Below are positions 29,465-38,569 of a stretch of DNA of 64,000 bases, in pieces; the first letter of the stretch is position 1; each line of letters opens with the position of its first letter. The translations under genes and the position numbers were made by a program. The notes beneath the pieces were generated by a model. The model made no database searches. It saw nothing but the letters and a program-made list of their open reading frames with translations, and had not been told where the DNA came from. Origin of the DNA: Candidatus Parcubacteria bacterium (GTDB taxonomy: Bacteria > Patescibacteriota > Minisyncoccia > UBA6257 > HR35). The stretch is from assembly GCA_026004535.1 (NCBI GenBank), contig BPJI01000001.1, positions 324,523 to 388,522 of the forward strand, written 5' to 3'.

Positions 29465-31183
29465 ATGAAAAATCCTGAAATTGCAAAATTATTAAGGATG
29501 ATGGGAATTTATTTGCAGATGAAGGGAGTTCAGTTTAAGCCGCAGGCTTATGAGAAAGCTGCTTATTCGATTGAGGCTTTGGATGAGGATATTGAAGAAT
29601 TTATTAAAAAAAATGGCAAAGAAGGATTGAAAAATTTACCCGGAGTAGGGGAGTCAATTGCAGAAAAAATAATTGAATATTTAAAAACAGGAAAAATTAA
29701 AGAACTGGAAGAATTAAAAAAAGAAGTACCAGTTGATGTTGAGACCTTAACTTCAATTGAAGGAGTTGGGCCAAAGATTGTTTATAAACTTTATAAAGCT
29801 TTGGGAATAAAAACAATTGAAGATTTAGAAAAAGCTTGTCGGGAGCATAAAATAAGAAGATTGCCTGGATTTGGAGAAAAAAGTGAAGAAAAAATTTTAA
29901 AAGGAATTGAATTTTTCAAACAAGGTGGAGGAAGAGTAATTTTGGGTTTTATTATTCCCGTGGTTGAAGAATTAGTAAGTTATTTAAAAGAAAGTGGGTT
30001 GGCCAAAGAAGTTGTGCCTGCTGGTTCTTATCGTCGAAAAAAAGAAACAATTGGTGATATTGATATTTTGGCTGTTTCTGATAAACCTGAAAAATTAATG
30101 GATTATTTTGTCAAGTTTCCTGAAGTAAGTAATATTTATGCTCAAGGACCAACTAAAACTATGGTTAGACTAAAAATTGGGCTTGATGCTGATTTAAGAG
30201 TTGTACCCGAAGAAAGTTTTGGTGCTGCGCTGGCTTATTTTACTGGCTCAAAGGATCATAATATTAAAATGAGGGAATTGGCAATTAAGAAAGGATGGAA
30301 ATTGAATGAATATGGACTTTTTGATAAACAGGAAAAAATGATAGCTGGCAGAACTGAAGAAGAAATTTATGAAAAACTTGGTTTAGATTGGATACCACCT
30401 GAGATGAGAGAAAATCGAGGTGAGATTGAATTAGCAATGGAGGGGAAATTACCAAAATTGATTGAATATGGTTCAATTAAGGGTGATTTGCAAGTTCAGA
30501 CAAATTGGACTGATGGCCAAAATTCAATTGAGGAAATGGTTGAGGAAGCAATTAAATTAGGTTTGGAATATATTTGCATTACTGATCATACTAAATCTTT
30601 GGCAATGACTGGTGGTTTGGATGAGGAAAAATTATTAAAGCAGATGGCTGAGATTGATAAATTAAATCAAAAATATAAAGGCAAGATAAAAATTCTAAAA
30701 GGAGCGGAAGTTAATATTTTAAAAGATGGTAGTTTGGATATCAAAGATGAAGTTTTGGCAAAATTAGATTTTGTTGGCGCTGCTATTCATAGTCATTTTA
30801 ATTTACCTCGAAATGTTCAAACTGAAAGAATTAAAAAAGCAATGGCTAACCCTAATGTTGATTGTATTTTTCATCCAACTGGCAGAGTGATTAACAAAAG
30901 ACCTGCTTATGAAGTTGATATTGATGAAATTATTGATTATGCTAAAAAGACTAAGACTATTTTAGAAATTGATGCTTATCCTGATAGACTTGATTTGAAA
31001 GATGAACATATAAGAAAGTGTGTTGAAAAAGGAGTAAAGATGGTAATTGATAGTGATGCTCATTCAGTTTTACATTTAGGTTTTTTAGATTTAGGAGTGA
31101 GCCAAGCACGTCGTGGATGGGCAACGCCGTCCGATATTATTAATACTTTAGCATATGATAAATTCAATTCATTAATTCATTAG
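29465..31183 (+). CDS. DNA polymerase X family protein (Pol-beta-like core plus C-terminal PHP phosphoesterase domain)
   Basis: HhH motifs (GVGESIAEKI, GVGPKIVYKL), palm …GSYRRKKETIGDIDIL…, PHP …ITDHTKSLAMTGG…HSHF…DSDAHS…. Confidence 0.85.
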   Translation: MKNPEIAKLLRMMGIYLQMKGVQFKPQAYEKAAYSIEALDEDIEEFIKKNGKEGLKNLPGVGESIAEKIIEYLKTGKIKELEELKKEVPVDVETLTSIEGVGPKIVYKLYKALGIKTIEDLEKACREHKIRRLPGFGEKSEEKILKGIEFFKQGGGRVILGFIIPVVEELVSYLKESGLAKEVVPAGSYRRKKETIGDIDILAVSDKPEKLMDYFVKFPEVSNIYAQGPTKTMVRLKIGLDADLRVVPEESFGAALAYFTGSKDHNIKMRELAIKKGWKLNEYGLFDKQEKMIAGRTEEEIYEKLGLDWIPPEMRENRGEIELAMEGKLPKLIEYGSIKGDLQVQTNWTDGQNSIEEMVEEAIKLGLEYICITDHTKSLAMTGGLDEEKLLKQMAEIDKLNQKYKGKIKILKGAEVNILKDGSLDIKDEVLAKLDFVGAAIHSHFNLPRNVQTERIKKAMANPNVDCIFHPTGRVINKRPAYEVDIDEIIDYAKKTKTILEIDAYPDRLDLKDEHIRKCVEKGVKMVIDSDAHSVLHLGFLDLGVSQARRGWATPSDIINTLAYDKFNSLIH

Positions 31184-31247
31184 TTCACTAGTTCCGAGCT
31201 CACGGGTTCGATTATAAAAATTAAAAAATTTGAAGATTTAAATATTG
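31166..31247. repeat. about 80-bp direct repeat, copy A (ATTAATTCATTAGTTCACTAGTTCCGAGCTCACGGGTTCGATTATAAAAATTAAAAAATTTGAAGATTTAAATATT)
   Basis: Exact second copy at 31817-31896. The two copies bracket the RelE/ParE cassette. Confidence 0.8.
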
Positions 31248-31317
31248 ACGAATTTTAGAAATATGGTATAATATATAAAACTGAAAAGCTTTGAAGCTTG
31301 GAAGCTGAAAAGCCATT

Positions 31318-31524
31318 TTGAAAATGCCTTTAATTGCTAAAAATAAAAATTTAGAAAGGATCGGTACTTTAGAAGTGATGGGTAAAAAATTTGTTGTTAT
31401 GAGCAAAGAACATTTTGATGAATTGTTGATTCTATTTAAAAGTGTGATAGATGGTGAAAAATTACTGAAGAGGAAAAAAACGAGAAGTTTCGATGAGTTC
31501 CTAAAGAGTATGTCTAAAAAATGA
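31318..31524 (+). CDS. putative type II antitoxin
   Basis: 68 aa, overlaps the downstream toxin by 4 nt. Assigned by position. Confidence 0.45.
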   Translation: MKMPLIAKNKNLERIGTLEVMGKKFVVMSKEHFDELLILFKSVIDGEKLLKRKKTRSFDEFLKSMSKK

Positions 31525-31805
31525 GAATCTTGCGTTCTCATACCACGCCTCAATTTGAAAAAGATTTTTTGTCTTTGCCAAAAGATATTCGTTTAAAAGC
31601 AGAAAGAAAGATAAAACTTTTTGAAGCTAATTGCTTCCATCCATCTTTAAGGGCTCATAAACTTAAAGGTATTCTTCGAGATTTCTGGTCATTTTCTATT
31701 AATAGAACTTACCGAGTAATTTTTAAATTTTTAGAAAATAATGAAGTAATTTATTATCGTATAGGTAGACACGATATTTATCAGCAATTAGAAAAATTAG
31801 TTTAA
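31521..31805 (+). CDS. RelE/ParE-family type II toxin
   Basis: …HPSLRAHKLKGILRDFWSFSINRTYRVIFKFLENNEVIYYRIGRHDIY…. Confidence 0.65.
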   Translation: MRILRSHTTPQFEKDFLSLPKDIRLKAERKIKLFEANCFHPSLRAHKLKGILRDFWSFSINRTYRVIFKFLENNEVIYYRIGRHDIYQQLEKLV

Positions 31806-31816
31806 TAATTAGTTAA

Positions 31817-31896
31817 TTAATTCATTAGTTCACTAGTTCCGAGCTCACGGGTTCGATTATAAAAATTAAAAAATTTGAAGATTTAAATATTTGGAA
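31817..31896. repeat. about 80-bp direct repeat, copy B
   Basis: Identical to 31166-31247. Confidence 0.8.
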
Positions 31897-32230
31897 ATTA
31901 AGTCTTAAAATTACAAAAGAAATTTATGATTTAACCTCTAAAAAAGAATTTTCTAAAGATTTTGCCTTAAAAGATTAACTAAGAAGAGCAATCATTTCTG
32001 TAAGTTCAAATATTGTTGAAGGCTTTGAGAAAAACAATAATAATGAATTTATCAGATTTTTAAAGATTGCTAAAGGTTCTGTTGCTGAAGTTAGAAATCA
32101 ACTTTATATTGCTTTAGCAGTAAATTATATTTCTCAACAAGAATTTGATAGAATAAATAAAAAATTTAGAAGATTTAGCAAGCCAAATTGAAGGCTTTAT
32201 AACTTATTTAGAGAAAGATAGAGAGAATAG
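31880..32230 (+). pseudogene. four-helix-bundle protein remnant (interrupted by stops)
   Basis: IWKLSLKITKEIYDLTSKKEFSKDFALKD*…RAIISVSSNIVEGFEKNNNNEFIRFLKIAKGSVAEVRNQLYIALAVNYISQQEFDRINKKF…; same family as 9326 and 28995, plus strand. Confidence 0.5.
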
Positions 32231-32297
32231 AAAAAGAACTCGTAATTCGTAATTCGGAATTGATAAATTTTGAATTTATGATATAATATAAATAGGA

Positions 32298-34913
32298 ATG
32301 TTTCCAATTAATCGTTTTACATTTAAGGCTCAGGAGGCATTGCAAGAGGCTCATAATAAGTGTTTTGATTTACATCATTCTGAAGTAAAAGGAATCCACA
32401 TTTTGTGGGGTATTTTAAATGTGAGCGAGACAATCGTTGGCGATATTTTAAAAGAACTTAAGGTTAATAATCAGCTCTTACTTCATACAATTGAAGAAGA
32501 ACTTAATCGACTGCCGAAAATTTTTACTGGTGGTAATATTGCTCAAGTTTATCTTTCTCAAGAAGCGTATCAAATTTTAGATCAGGCTGGCTATTATGCC
32601 CGAAAGATGGGAGATGAATTTATCTCTTTAGAACATATTTTACTTTCTTTAACAGAAATAAGATCAACTGCTAAATATATTTTAGAAAGATATGGTATAA
32701 CTTTTGATCGAGTTCAAAAAGTTTTAGCTATTTTAAGAAAAGGAGAAAAAGTCACTGATGAATTGCCAGAAACAAAATATAAATCTTTAGAAAGATATAG
32801 TCTTAATTTAACTCAGTTAGCTCGAGAAAAGAAATTGGATCCAATTATTGGTCGTGATCGAGAAATAAGAAGGATTATTGAAATTTTATCAAGAAGAACA
32901 AAAAATAATCCTGTTTTAATTGGTGAAGCCGGAGTTGGTAAAACAGCCATTGTTGAAGGTTTGGCACAAAGAATTGTTAGTGGTGATGTGCCTGAATCAA
33001 TTAAGAAAAAAGAAATTTTAGCCCTAGATATCGGTGCTTTAATTGCTGGGACAAAATATCGTGGTGAGTTTGAAGATAGATTAAAAGCAATTATTAAAGA
33101 GATAAAAATTAACGTTGGAAGATATATTTTGTTTATTGATGAGATGCATACTTTAGTTGGTGCTGGAGCAGCCGAAGGAGCAATTGACGCTTCAAATTTA
33201 TTGAAACCTGCTTTAACTAAGGGTGATTTTCAAGTAATTGGTGCAACAACATTTAGAGATTATAAACTTTATATTGAAAAAGATCCTGCTTTTGCTCGGC
33301 GTTTTCAACCAGTTATCGTTGAAGAACCATCAATTGATGATACTATTGCTATTTTAAGAGGTCTGAAGGAAAAATATGAACTTCATCATGGAGTTAAAAT
33401 TCTAGACTCGGCTATTGTGGCCGCAGTTAAACTTTCAGCTCGTTATATTACTAATAGATTTTTGCCTGATAAAGCAATCGATGTTATTGATGAAGCAGCA
33501 GCTTCAGTCAGACTTCAATTAGAAACAATGCCAGCAGAAATTGAAGATTTAGAAAAAGAAATTAGGAAATTAGAGATTGAACGAGAAGTTTTAATCAAAG
33601 AGGAAGGAACAAGAAATGAATTAAAACAAATTGAGGCAAAATTGGAAAAATTAAGAAAGGAAAAAGAAAAATTGATGGAAAAATGGTCGGTTGAGAAAAA
33701 AGCAAGTGAAAGATATTTAGAATTAAAGAAAAAATTAGAAAATTTGAAAATTGAAGCTGAAGATGCTGAAAGAAATAGTGATTTTACTAGAGTAGCAGAA
33801 ATAATTTATGGTGAAATTCCTCAAATTGAAAAAGAGCTCCAAGATATTGAGGTTAAATTAAAGAAAGTAAAAAATAGTTTTATCAAGGATTCAGTTACTG
33901 AAGAAGATGTGGCCGAAGTTGTTTCTCGCTGGACAAAGATTCCCGTTAAAAAGATGATGGAAAATGAAATGGAGAAATTATTGAAAGCTGAAGAAATTTT
34001 AGGTCAAAGAGTAGTTGGTCAAGAAGAAGCAATAAAAGCAGTTGCTAACGCTTTAAGAAGAGCCAGAGCAGGTTTAGCTGAAGAGAATAAACCAATTGCT
34101 AGTTTTCTCTTTTTAGGGCCAACGGGTGTTGGTAAAACCGAAATGGCTAGAACCTTGGCTGAATTTATGTTTAATGATGAAAAAGCAATGATTCGAATTG
34201 ATATGTCAGAATATATGGAGCCTCATTCGGTTGCTAAATTGATTGGTTCGCCTCCTGGTTATGTTGGTTATGAAGAAGGTGGGCAATTAACTGAAGCTGT
34301 TAAATATAGACCCTATAGTTTGATTTTGTTTGACGAGATAGAAAAAGCCCATCCTGAAGTTTTCAATATTTTACTTCAAATTTTAGATGAAGGTAGATTG
34401 ACTGACGGCAAGGGAACAACTGTTAATTTTAAAAATACAATCATTATTATGACTTCTAATATTGGTAGCTATTTGTTTAGAAAAATGGGTTCAATTGGTT
34501 TTTCCGATGAAACTAAAGAACCAATGGAGGATTATAAAGATAAAATTCAAAAAGCCTTAAGAGATTTCTTTAAGCCAGAATTTTTAAATCGTATTGATGA
34601 AATTATTATCTTCAGACCATTAAACAAAGAAGACTTAAGAAAAATTGTTGAGATTCAACTTAATAAAGTTAAGCAAAGATTGGCTGAGAGAGGAATTGAA
34701 GTTGGGTTTAGCGATGAAGTAAAGGAGGTTTTGGTAGAAAGAGGTTTTGACGAAGTTTACGGGGCCAGACCACTTCAGCGCGCAATTCAGAAATATATTC
34801 TTAATCCATTGTCAGAAAGTATTATCGCCAAGAAAATTCAGGAAGGTCAAAAAATTATTTTAGGCATAAGACACGGAGAATTAGTGATTAATAATAGTAA
34901 GAAGAACAAATAA
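32298..34913 (+). CDS. clpB: ATP-dependent chaperone ClpB
   Basis: Two AAA+ modules (GEAGVGKTAIVEGLA; GPTGVGKTEMARTLA), a long middle coiled coil, Clp_N repeats. 871 aa. Confidence 0.9.
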   Translation: MFPINRFTFKAQEALQEAHNKCFDLHHSEVKGIHILWGILNVSETIVGDILKELKVNNQLLLHTIEEELNRLPKIFTGGNIAQVYLSQEAYQILDQAGYYARKMGDEFISLEHILLSLTEIRSTAKYILERYGITFDRVQKVLAILRKGEKVTDELPETKYKSLERYSLNLTQLAREKKLDPIIGRDREIRRIIEILSRRTKNNPVLIGEAGVGKTAIVEGLAQRIVSGDVPESIKKKEILALDIGALIAGTKYRGEFEDRLKAIIKEIKINVGRYILFIDEMHTLVGAGAAEGAIDASNLLKPALTKGDFQVIGATTFRDYKLYIEKDPAFARRFQPVIVEEPSIDDTIAILRGLKEKYELHHGVKILDSAIVAAVKLSARYITNRFLPDKAIDVIDEAAASVRLQLETMPAEIEDLEKEIRKLEIEREVLIKEEGTRNELKQIEAKLEKLRKEKEKLMEKWSVEKKASERYLELKKKLENLKIEAEDAERNSDFTRVAEIIYGEIPQIEKELQDIEVKLKKVKNSFIKDSVTEEDVAEVVSRWTKIPVKKMMENEMEKLLKAEEILGQRVVGQEEAIKAVANALRRARAGLAEENKPIASFLFLGPTGVGKTEMARTLAEFMFNDEKAMIRIDMSEYMEPHSVAKLIGSPPGYVGYEEGGQLTEAVKYRPYSLILFDEIEKAHPEVFNILLQILDEGRLTDGKGTTVNFKNTIIIMTSNIGSYLFRKMGSIGFSDETKEPMEDYKDKIQKALRDFFKPEFLNRIDEIIIFRPLNKEDLRKIVEIQLNKVKQRLAERGIEVGFSDEVKEVLVERGFDEVYGARPLQRAIQKYILNPLSESIIAKKIQEGQKIILGIRHGELVINNSKKNK

Positions 34914-34915
34914 AA

Positions 34916-35098
34916 ATGTTAGTAAAGATCCAAAATTACTTAAAAGAATCATTTTTGGAATTGAAAAAAGTAAAGTGGCTAACAAGAGAAGAGACATTTA
35001 ATTTAACTTTAGAAGTAATTATTTTTTCATTAATTTTTGTCGTGATTTATGGTGTTTTTGATTCAGTTTTAGTTAGAATTTTGTTTTTGTTAAAATAA
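34916..35098 (+). CDS. secE: preprotein translocase subunit SecE
   Basis: …ELKKVKWLTREETFNLTLEVIIFSLIFVVIYGVFD…; 60 aa immediately upstream of nusG. Confidence 0.6.
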   Translation: MLVKIQNYLKESFLELKKVKWLTREETFNLTLEVIIFSLIFVVIYGVFDSVLVRILFLLK

Positions 35099-35099
35099 A

Positions 35100-35645
35100 A
35101 TGGTTAAACAGGTTTTAAATTTAGGTAGGGCTTGGTATGCAGTTCATACAATTGTTGGTTTTGAGGATATTGTTGCTGAAGCAATTATGAAAAGAGCTGA
35201 AGCGTTTGATTTGCAGGATAAAATTTTTAATGCTATTGTGCCTAAAGAAAAAGTTTGGGTGATTAAAGGAGGGAAAAGAGAATTGGTTGAACAAAAAATT
35301 TATCCTGGTTATGTTTTAGTTGATATGATTGTAACTGATGATTCTTGGTATGTTGTTAGAAATACTCCTAAAGTTACTGGTTTTGTTGGAGTTGGGACAA
35401 CGCCGATTCCCGTTGATGAAAAGGAACTAAAGGAAATTTTTGAAAGAATGAAAAAAGAAGAACCAGAAGTTGAGAGTGAATTTAAAATTGGTGATTTAGT
35501 TGAAGTTTTACAGGGCTTATTTAAAGGTTTAAAAGGTAAGGTTGTTGAAATTGATGGAGAAAGACAAAGGTTAAAAGTTTTAGTGCCAGTGATGAATCGA
35601 GAAACACCAGTTGAAGTCGATTTTTTACAAGTGAGAAGATTATAG
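35100..35645 (+). CDS. nusG: transcription termination/antitermination factor NusG
   Basis: NGN domain (WYAVHTIVGFEDIV…) and KOW (GDLVEVLQGLFKGLKGKVVEID). Confidence 0.85.
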   Translation: MVKQVLNLGRAWYAVHTIVGFEDIVAEAIMKRAEAFDLQDKIFNAIVPKEKVWVIKGGKRELVEQKIYPGYVLVDMIVTDDSWYVVRNTPKVTGFVGVGTTPIPVDEKELKEIFERMKKEEPEVESEFKIGDLVEVLQGLFKGLKGKVVEIDGERQRLKVLVPVMNRETPVEVDFLQVRRL

Positions 35646-35652
35646 TAATAAA

Positions 35653-36075
35653 ATGAAACAAATTAAAAAAATTTTGAAATTAATTATTGAGGGAGGGAAA
35701 GCAACTCCAGCTCCACCATTGGGGCCAAGTCTGGCTCAGTATGGAATTAATATTGGTGAATTTTGTAATCAATTTAATCAAGCGACCAAAGATATACAAG
35801 GAGTTCAGATCCCAGTTGAAGTAACTATTTATGAAGACAGAACATTTTCTTTTGTCTTGAAAAAGCCTCCGATTAGTTATTTAATTAAAAAAGAATTAGG
35901 GATCGAAAAAGGAGCCAAAGAAACGGGTAGAGAAATTATTGGTACTTTAACAAAGGAACAAGTGAGAAAAATTGCTGAAGAAAAATTACCCGATTTAAAT
36001 ACTCGAGACGTTGAAAAAGCAATGAAAATTGTCGAGGGAGTTGCTAAATCAATGGGAGTGAAGATAGCTTCATAG
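35653..36075 (+). CDS. rplK: 50S ribosomal protein L11
   Basis: …GGKATPAPPLGPSLAQYGINIGEFCNQFN…. Confidence 0.9.
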   Translation: MKQIKKILKLIIEGGKATPAPPLGPSLAQYGINIGEFCNQFNQATKDIQGVQIPVEVTIYEDRTFSFVLKKPPISYLIKKELGIEKGAKETGREIIGTLTKEQVRKIAEEKLPDLNTRDVEKAMKIVEGVAKSMGVKIAS

Positions 36076-36129
36076 CTTGTCAGCTTCTTAGTTCTCAGCT
36101 TCTTAGCTTTTCAGCCTCGCAGCTTCTTA

Positions 36130-36250
36130 ACATATTGACGTGCGATGTCAAAATATTAATATCTGGATGTGCGACGTCCCGATATTAACAAGATAATATT
36201 TAGGACGTCGCACATCCGTATATTAAAACATCGCACGTCCCGATATTAAT
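36130..36250. repeat. array of about 5 alternating-orientation GACGTGCGATGTC/GGACGTCGCACATCC hairpin repeats separated by ATATTAA
   Basis: tattgacgtgcgatgtcaaaatattaatatctggatgtgcgacgtcccgatattaacaagataatatttaggacgtcgcacatccgtatattaaaacatcgcacgtcccgatattaa. Confidence 0.7.
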
Positions 36251-36252
36251 TA

Positions 36253-36984
36253 ATGAGATTATTTATTGTTCCAACGCCGATAGGTAATCTAAAAGATATC
36301 ACTTTGAGAGGAATTGAGGTTTTAAAACAAGTTGATTATATTTTTTGTGAAGATACAAGAAGAACAAAAATTTTGCTTGATCATTATGAAATTAAAGACA
36401 AAAAATTAATTTCTTATTTTGCTCCTTTTGAAGCAAAGAAAATTCCACAACTTTTAGAAATTTTAAAAAGAAATGAGGCTGCTTTAGTTGTTGATTCTGG
36501 AATGCCAGTTATTTCTGATCCTGGTTATAAATTGATTAAAGCTTGTTTGGAAAATAGTATTGAAATTGAAGTTTTACCAGGGCCAACTGCTTTTTTGACT
36601 GCTTTGATTGGTTCAGGTTTGCCTTTAGATAAATTTTTATTTTTAGGCTTTTTACCTAAAAAAGGATTGGAAAATTATTTTCGAAAAATAAAAGACTTAG
36701 AAGTAACAATTGCTTTTTATGAATCACCAAAAAGAATATCGAAAACTTTAGAAGTTATTAGAAAGGTTTTTGGTAATTGTCAAGTTGTTATTGCTCGAGA
36801 GGTTTCTAAAATTTATGAAGAATATTTAAGAGGAGATATTGAAGAAATAATTGAAAAATTAAAAGATAAAAAATTAAAAGGAGAGATAACCGTTATAATA
36901 CGCAGAACTACGCATAACGAACGCAGAACTAATAAAAATAGCTTCATAGCTTCCTATCAGCTTCAAAGCTTCTCAGCTTCATAG
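36253..36984 (+). CDS. rsmI: 16S rRNA (cytidine1402-2'-O)-methyltransferase
   Basis: MRLFIVPTPIGNLKDITLRGIEVLKQVDYIFCEDTRRTKILLDHYEI… The C-terminal about 30 codons read through CGCAGAACT and GAAGCT periodic repeats. Confidence 0.8.
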   Translation: MRLFIVPTPIGNLKDITLRGIEVLKQVDYIFCEDTRRTKILLDHYEIKDKKLISYFAPFEAKKIPQLLEILKRNEAALVVDSGMPVISDPGYKLIKACLENSIEIEVLPGPTAFLTALIGSGLPLDKFLFLGFLPKKGLENYFRKIKDLEVTIAFYESPKRISKTLEVIRKVFGNCQVVIAREVSKIYEEYLRGDIEEIIEKLKDKKLKGEITVIIRRTTHNERRTNKNSFIASYQLQSFSAS

Positions 36985-37047
36985 CCTCTTTTTATGTATC
37001 TGCTTAATTGTATTTCGCCTTTAAATTTTAGCACAATTTTCCACATC

Positions 37048-37075
37048 TTGACATCATATTTTTTCTATTTATAAT
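37048..37075 (+). promoter_or_regulatory. sigma70-like promoter (TTGACA-16-TATAAT) for the pilin-adhesin gene
   Basis: TTGACAtcatattttttctatTTATAAT. Identical copy at 57789-57817. Confidence 0.5.
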
Positions 37076-37081
37076 TAAATT

Positions 37082-37402
37082 ATGAATAAAAAAATGAATA
37101 AATCCTTCACTTTAGTTGAACTCTTAGTTGTCTTAGCTCTAATAGCTATCTTAGCTACTGTCTTAATTGTTGTCATTAAGCCAGCAGATATCTTTAAAAG
37201 AGGTAGAGATAGTCAAAGAACTTCAGACCTTAAAAATCTTGAAAAAATATTTGACCTTATTCTTTTTGAAACTCAAGGCACCTTTTCTGAACTTCAATAT
37301 GCTTCCTCAAATGTTGTCTATATCTCTCTTCCTGATACTTCATCAACTTGTGGTCAATGGATAAGTCAATTACCACAGCTTCCTTCAGGCTGGTCATATT
37401 GA
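37082..37402 (+). CDS. type IV pilin-like module (prepilin N-terminus), terminated by an in-frame TGA that is followed by 296 further sense codons
   Basis: MNKKMNKSFTLVELLVVLALIAILATVLIVV…; TGA at 37400-37402. Confidence 0.7.
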   Translation: MNKKMNKSFTLVELLVVLALIAILATVLIVVIKPADIFKRGRDSQRTSDLKNLEKIFDLILFETQGTFSELQYASSNVVYISLPDTSSTCGQWISQLPQLPSGWSY

Positions 37403-38290
37403 TGCTCAGCAACTCCAACAAATATTGATGGTACTGGCTGGATTCCTATTCCTTTTAATCAATTTTCAAGCATTAATCTTTCTAGACTTTTCATTGATCC
37501 AATCAATAGACCTCCATATTACTATGCATTTGTTGCTGGAGGAAGTTATGCTCTCTATGCTCAATTAGAAAATCCTCAGTCTCAAGCCTCAAAAACAGAC
37601 AATGATAATTATCCTCATCTATTTTCAGTAGGAACAAATAAAAGACTCATTGATCAAGCTCAAGGACTTGTAGGGTATTGGTCTTTTGATGAAGGAAGTG
37701 GAAATATTGCTAATGATTATTCAGGAAACAATAATAATGGAACACTCTATAATGGTCCTCAATGGGTTGATGGTAAAGTAGGTAAAGCTTTAAGTTTTGA
37801 TGGAGTGGATGATTATGTGAATGCATGGACTGGCCCCGGCTCGCAAATTACCGATAGAGTTACTGTGAGCGCGTGGGCTCGTAATGTGGGAGCTCCTTCA
37901 GCGTTTAATACGATTATTGCTAATTATGCTTCGAATGCGGGATGGGCAATACGCACCGCAGAATCGGGGATTAGTTACCTGCATTTCTTAGGACGATCCG
38001 GCGCAGGCGAAGTGCGAGTTATCATTGCTTCCGAGGCGGAAACATTTAATGGTGCATGGCACCATGTCGCATTTACGGTGTCTGGAGGCGTTGCGAGAAC
38101 ATATCTTGACGGTGGTTTTGTTGCTTCCGCGTCTGGTGTTGTGAATTTGCAACCAGCGACGACTACTTTGATTGGGAAGGGTCATATAGGAGGACTTGGC
38201 TTCTGGAACGGTCTTATCGACGAAGTTCGTATCTACAATCGCGCTTTATCAGATCAAGAAATAAAGGTTCTTTATGAAGCAACTAAATAA
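37403..38290 (+). other. in-frame, stop-free continuation of the pilin ORF after the TGA: LamG/ConA-like lectin (jelly-roll) domain
   Basis: Same frame as 37082. No start codon for about 400 nt. …NGAWHHVAFTVSGGVARTYLDGGFVASAS…GLIDEVRIYNRALSDQEI… is a LamG-type signature. Confidence 0.5.
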
Positions 38291-38488
38291 CCACGGATAT
38301 ACACGGATAATAAATAACCACGGATTTACACGGATAACATAAAGGATAGATACGGATACTAATTAATGTTCGTATAAGTTTGTGTATAGTTCGCATAAAG
38401 GGTACGTATAAAACACTATAGCGTCTGAAACGTCCTTTCTGATTTTAGTGACTTTAATGATATATGATTAATAAAAGAATATGTTTTG

Positions 38489-38560
38489 CGCCCCTAACCG
38501 GATTCGAACCGGTATTTCCAGCCTGAGAAGCTGGTGTCCTAACCATTAGACGATAGGGGC
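38489..38560 (-). tRNA. tRNA-Glu (anticodon CTC)
   Basis: Reverse complement GCCCCTATCGTCTAATGGTTAGGACACCAGCTTCTCAGGCTGGAAATACCGGTTCGAATCCGGTTAGGGGCG. Confidence 0.8.
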
Positions 38561-38569
38561 AATAACTTC

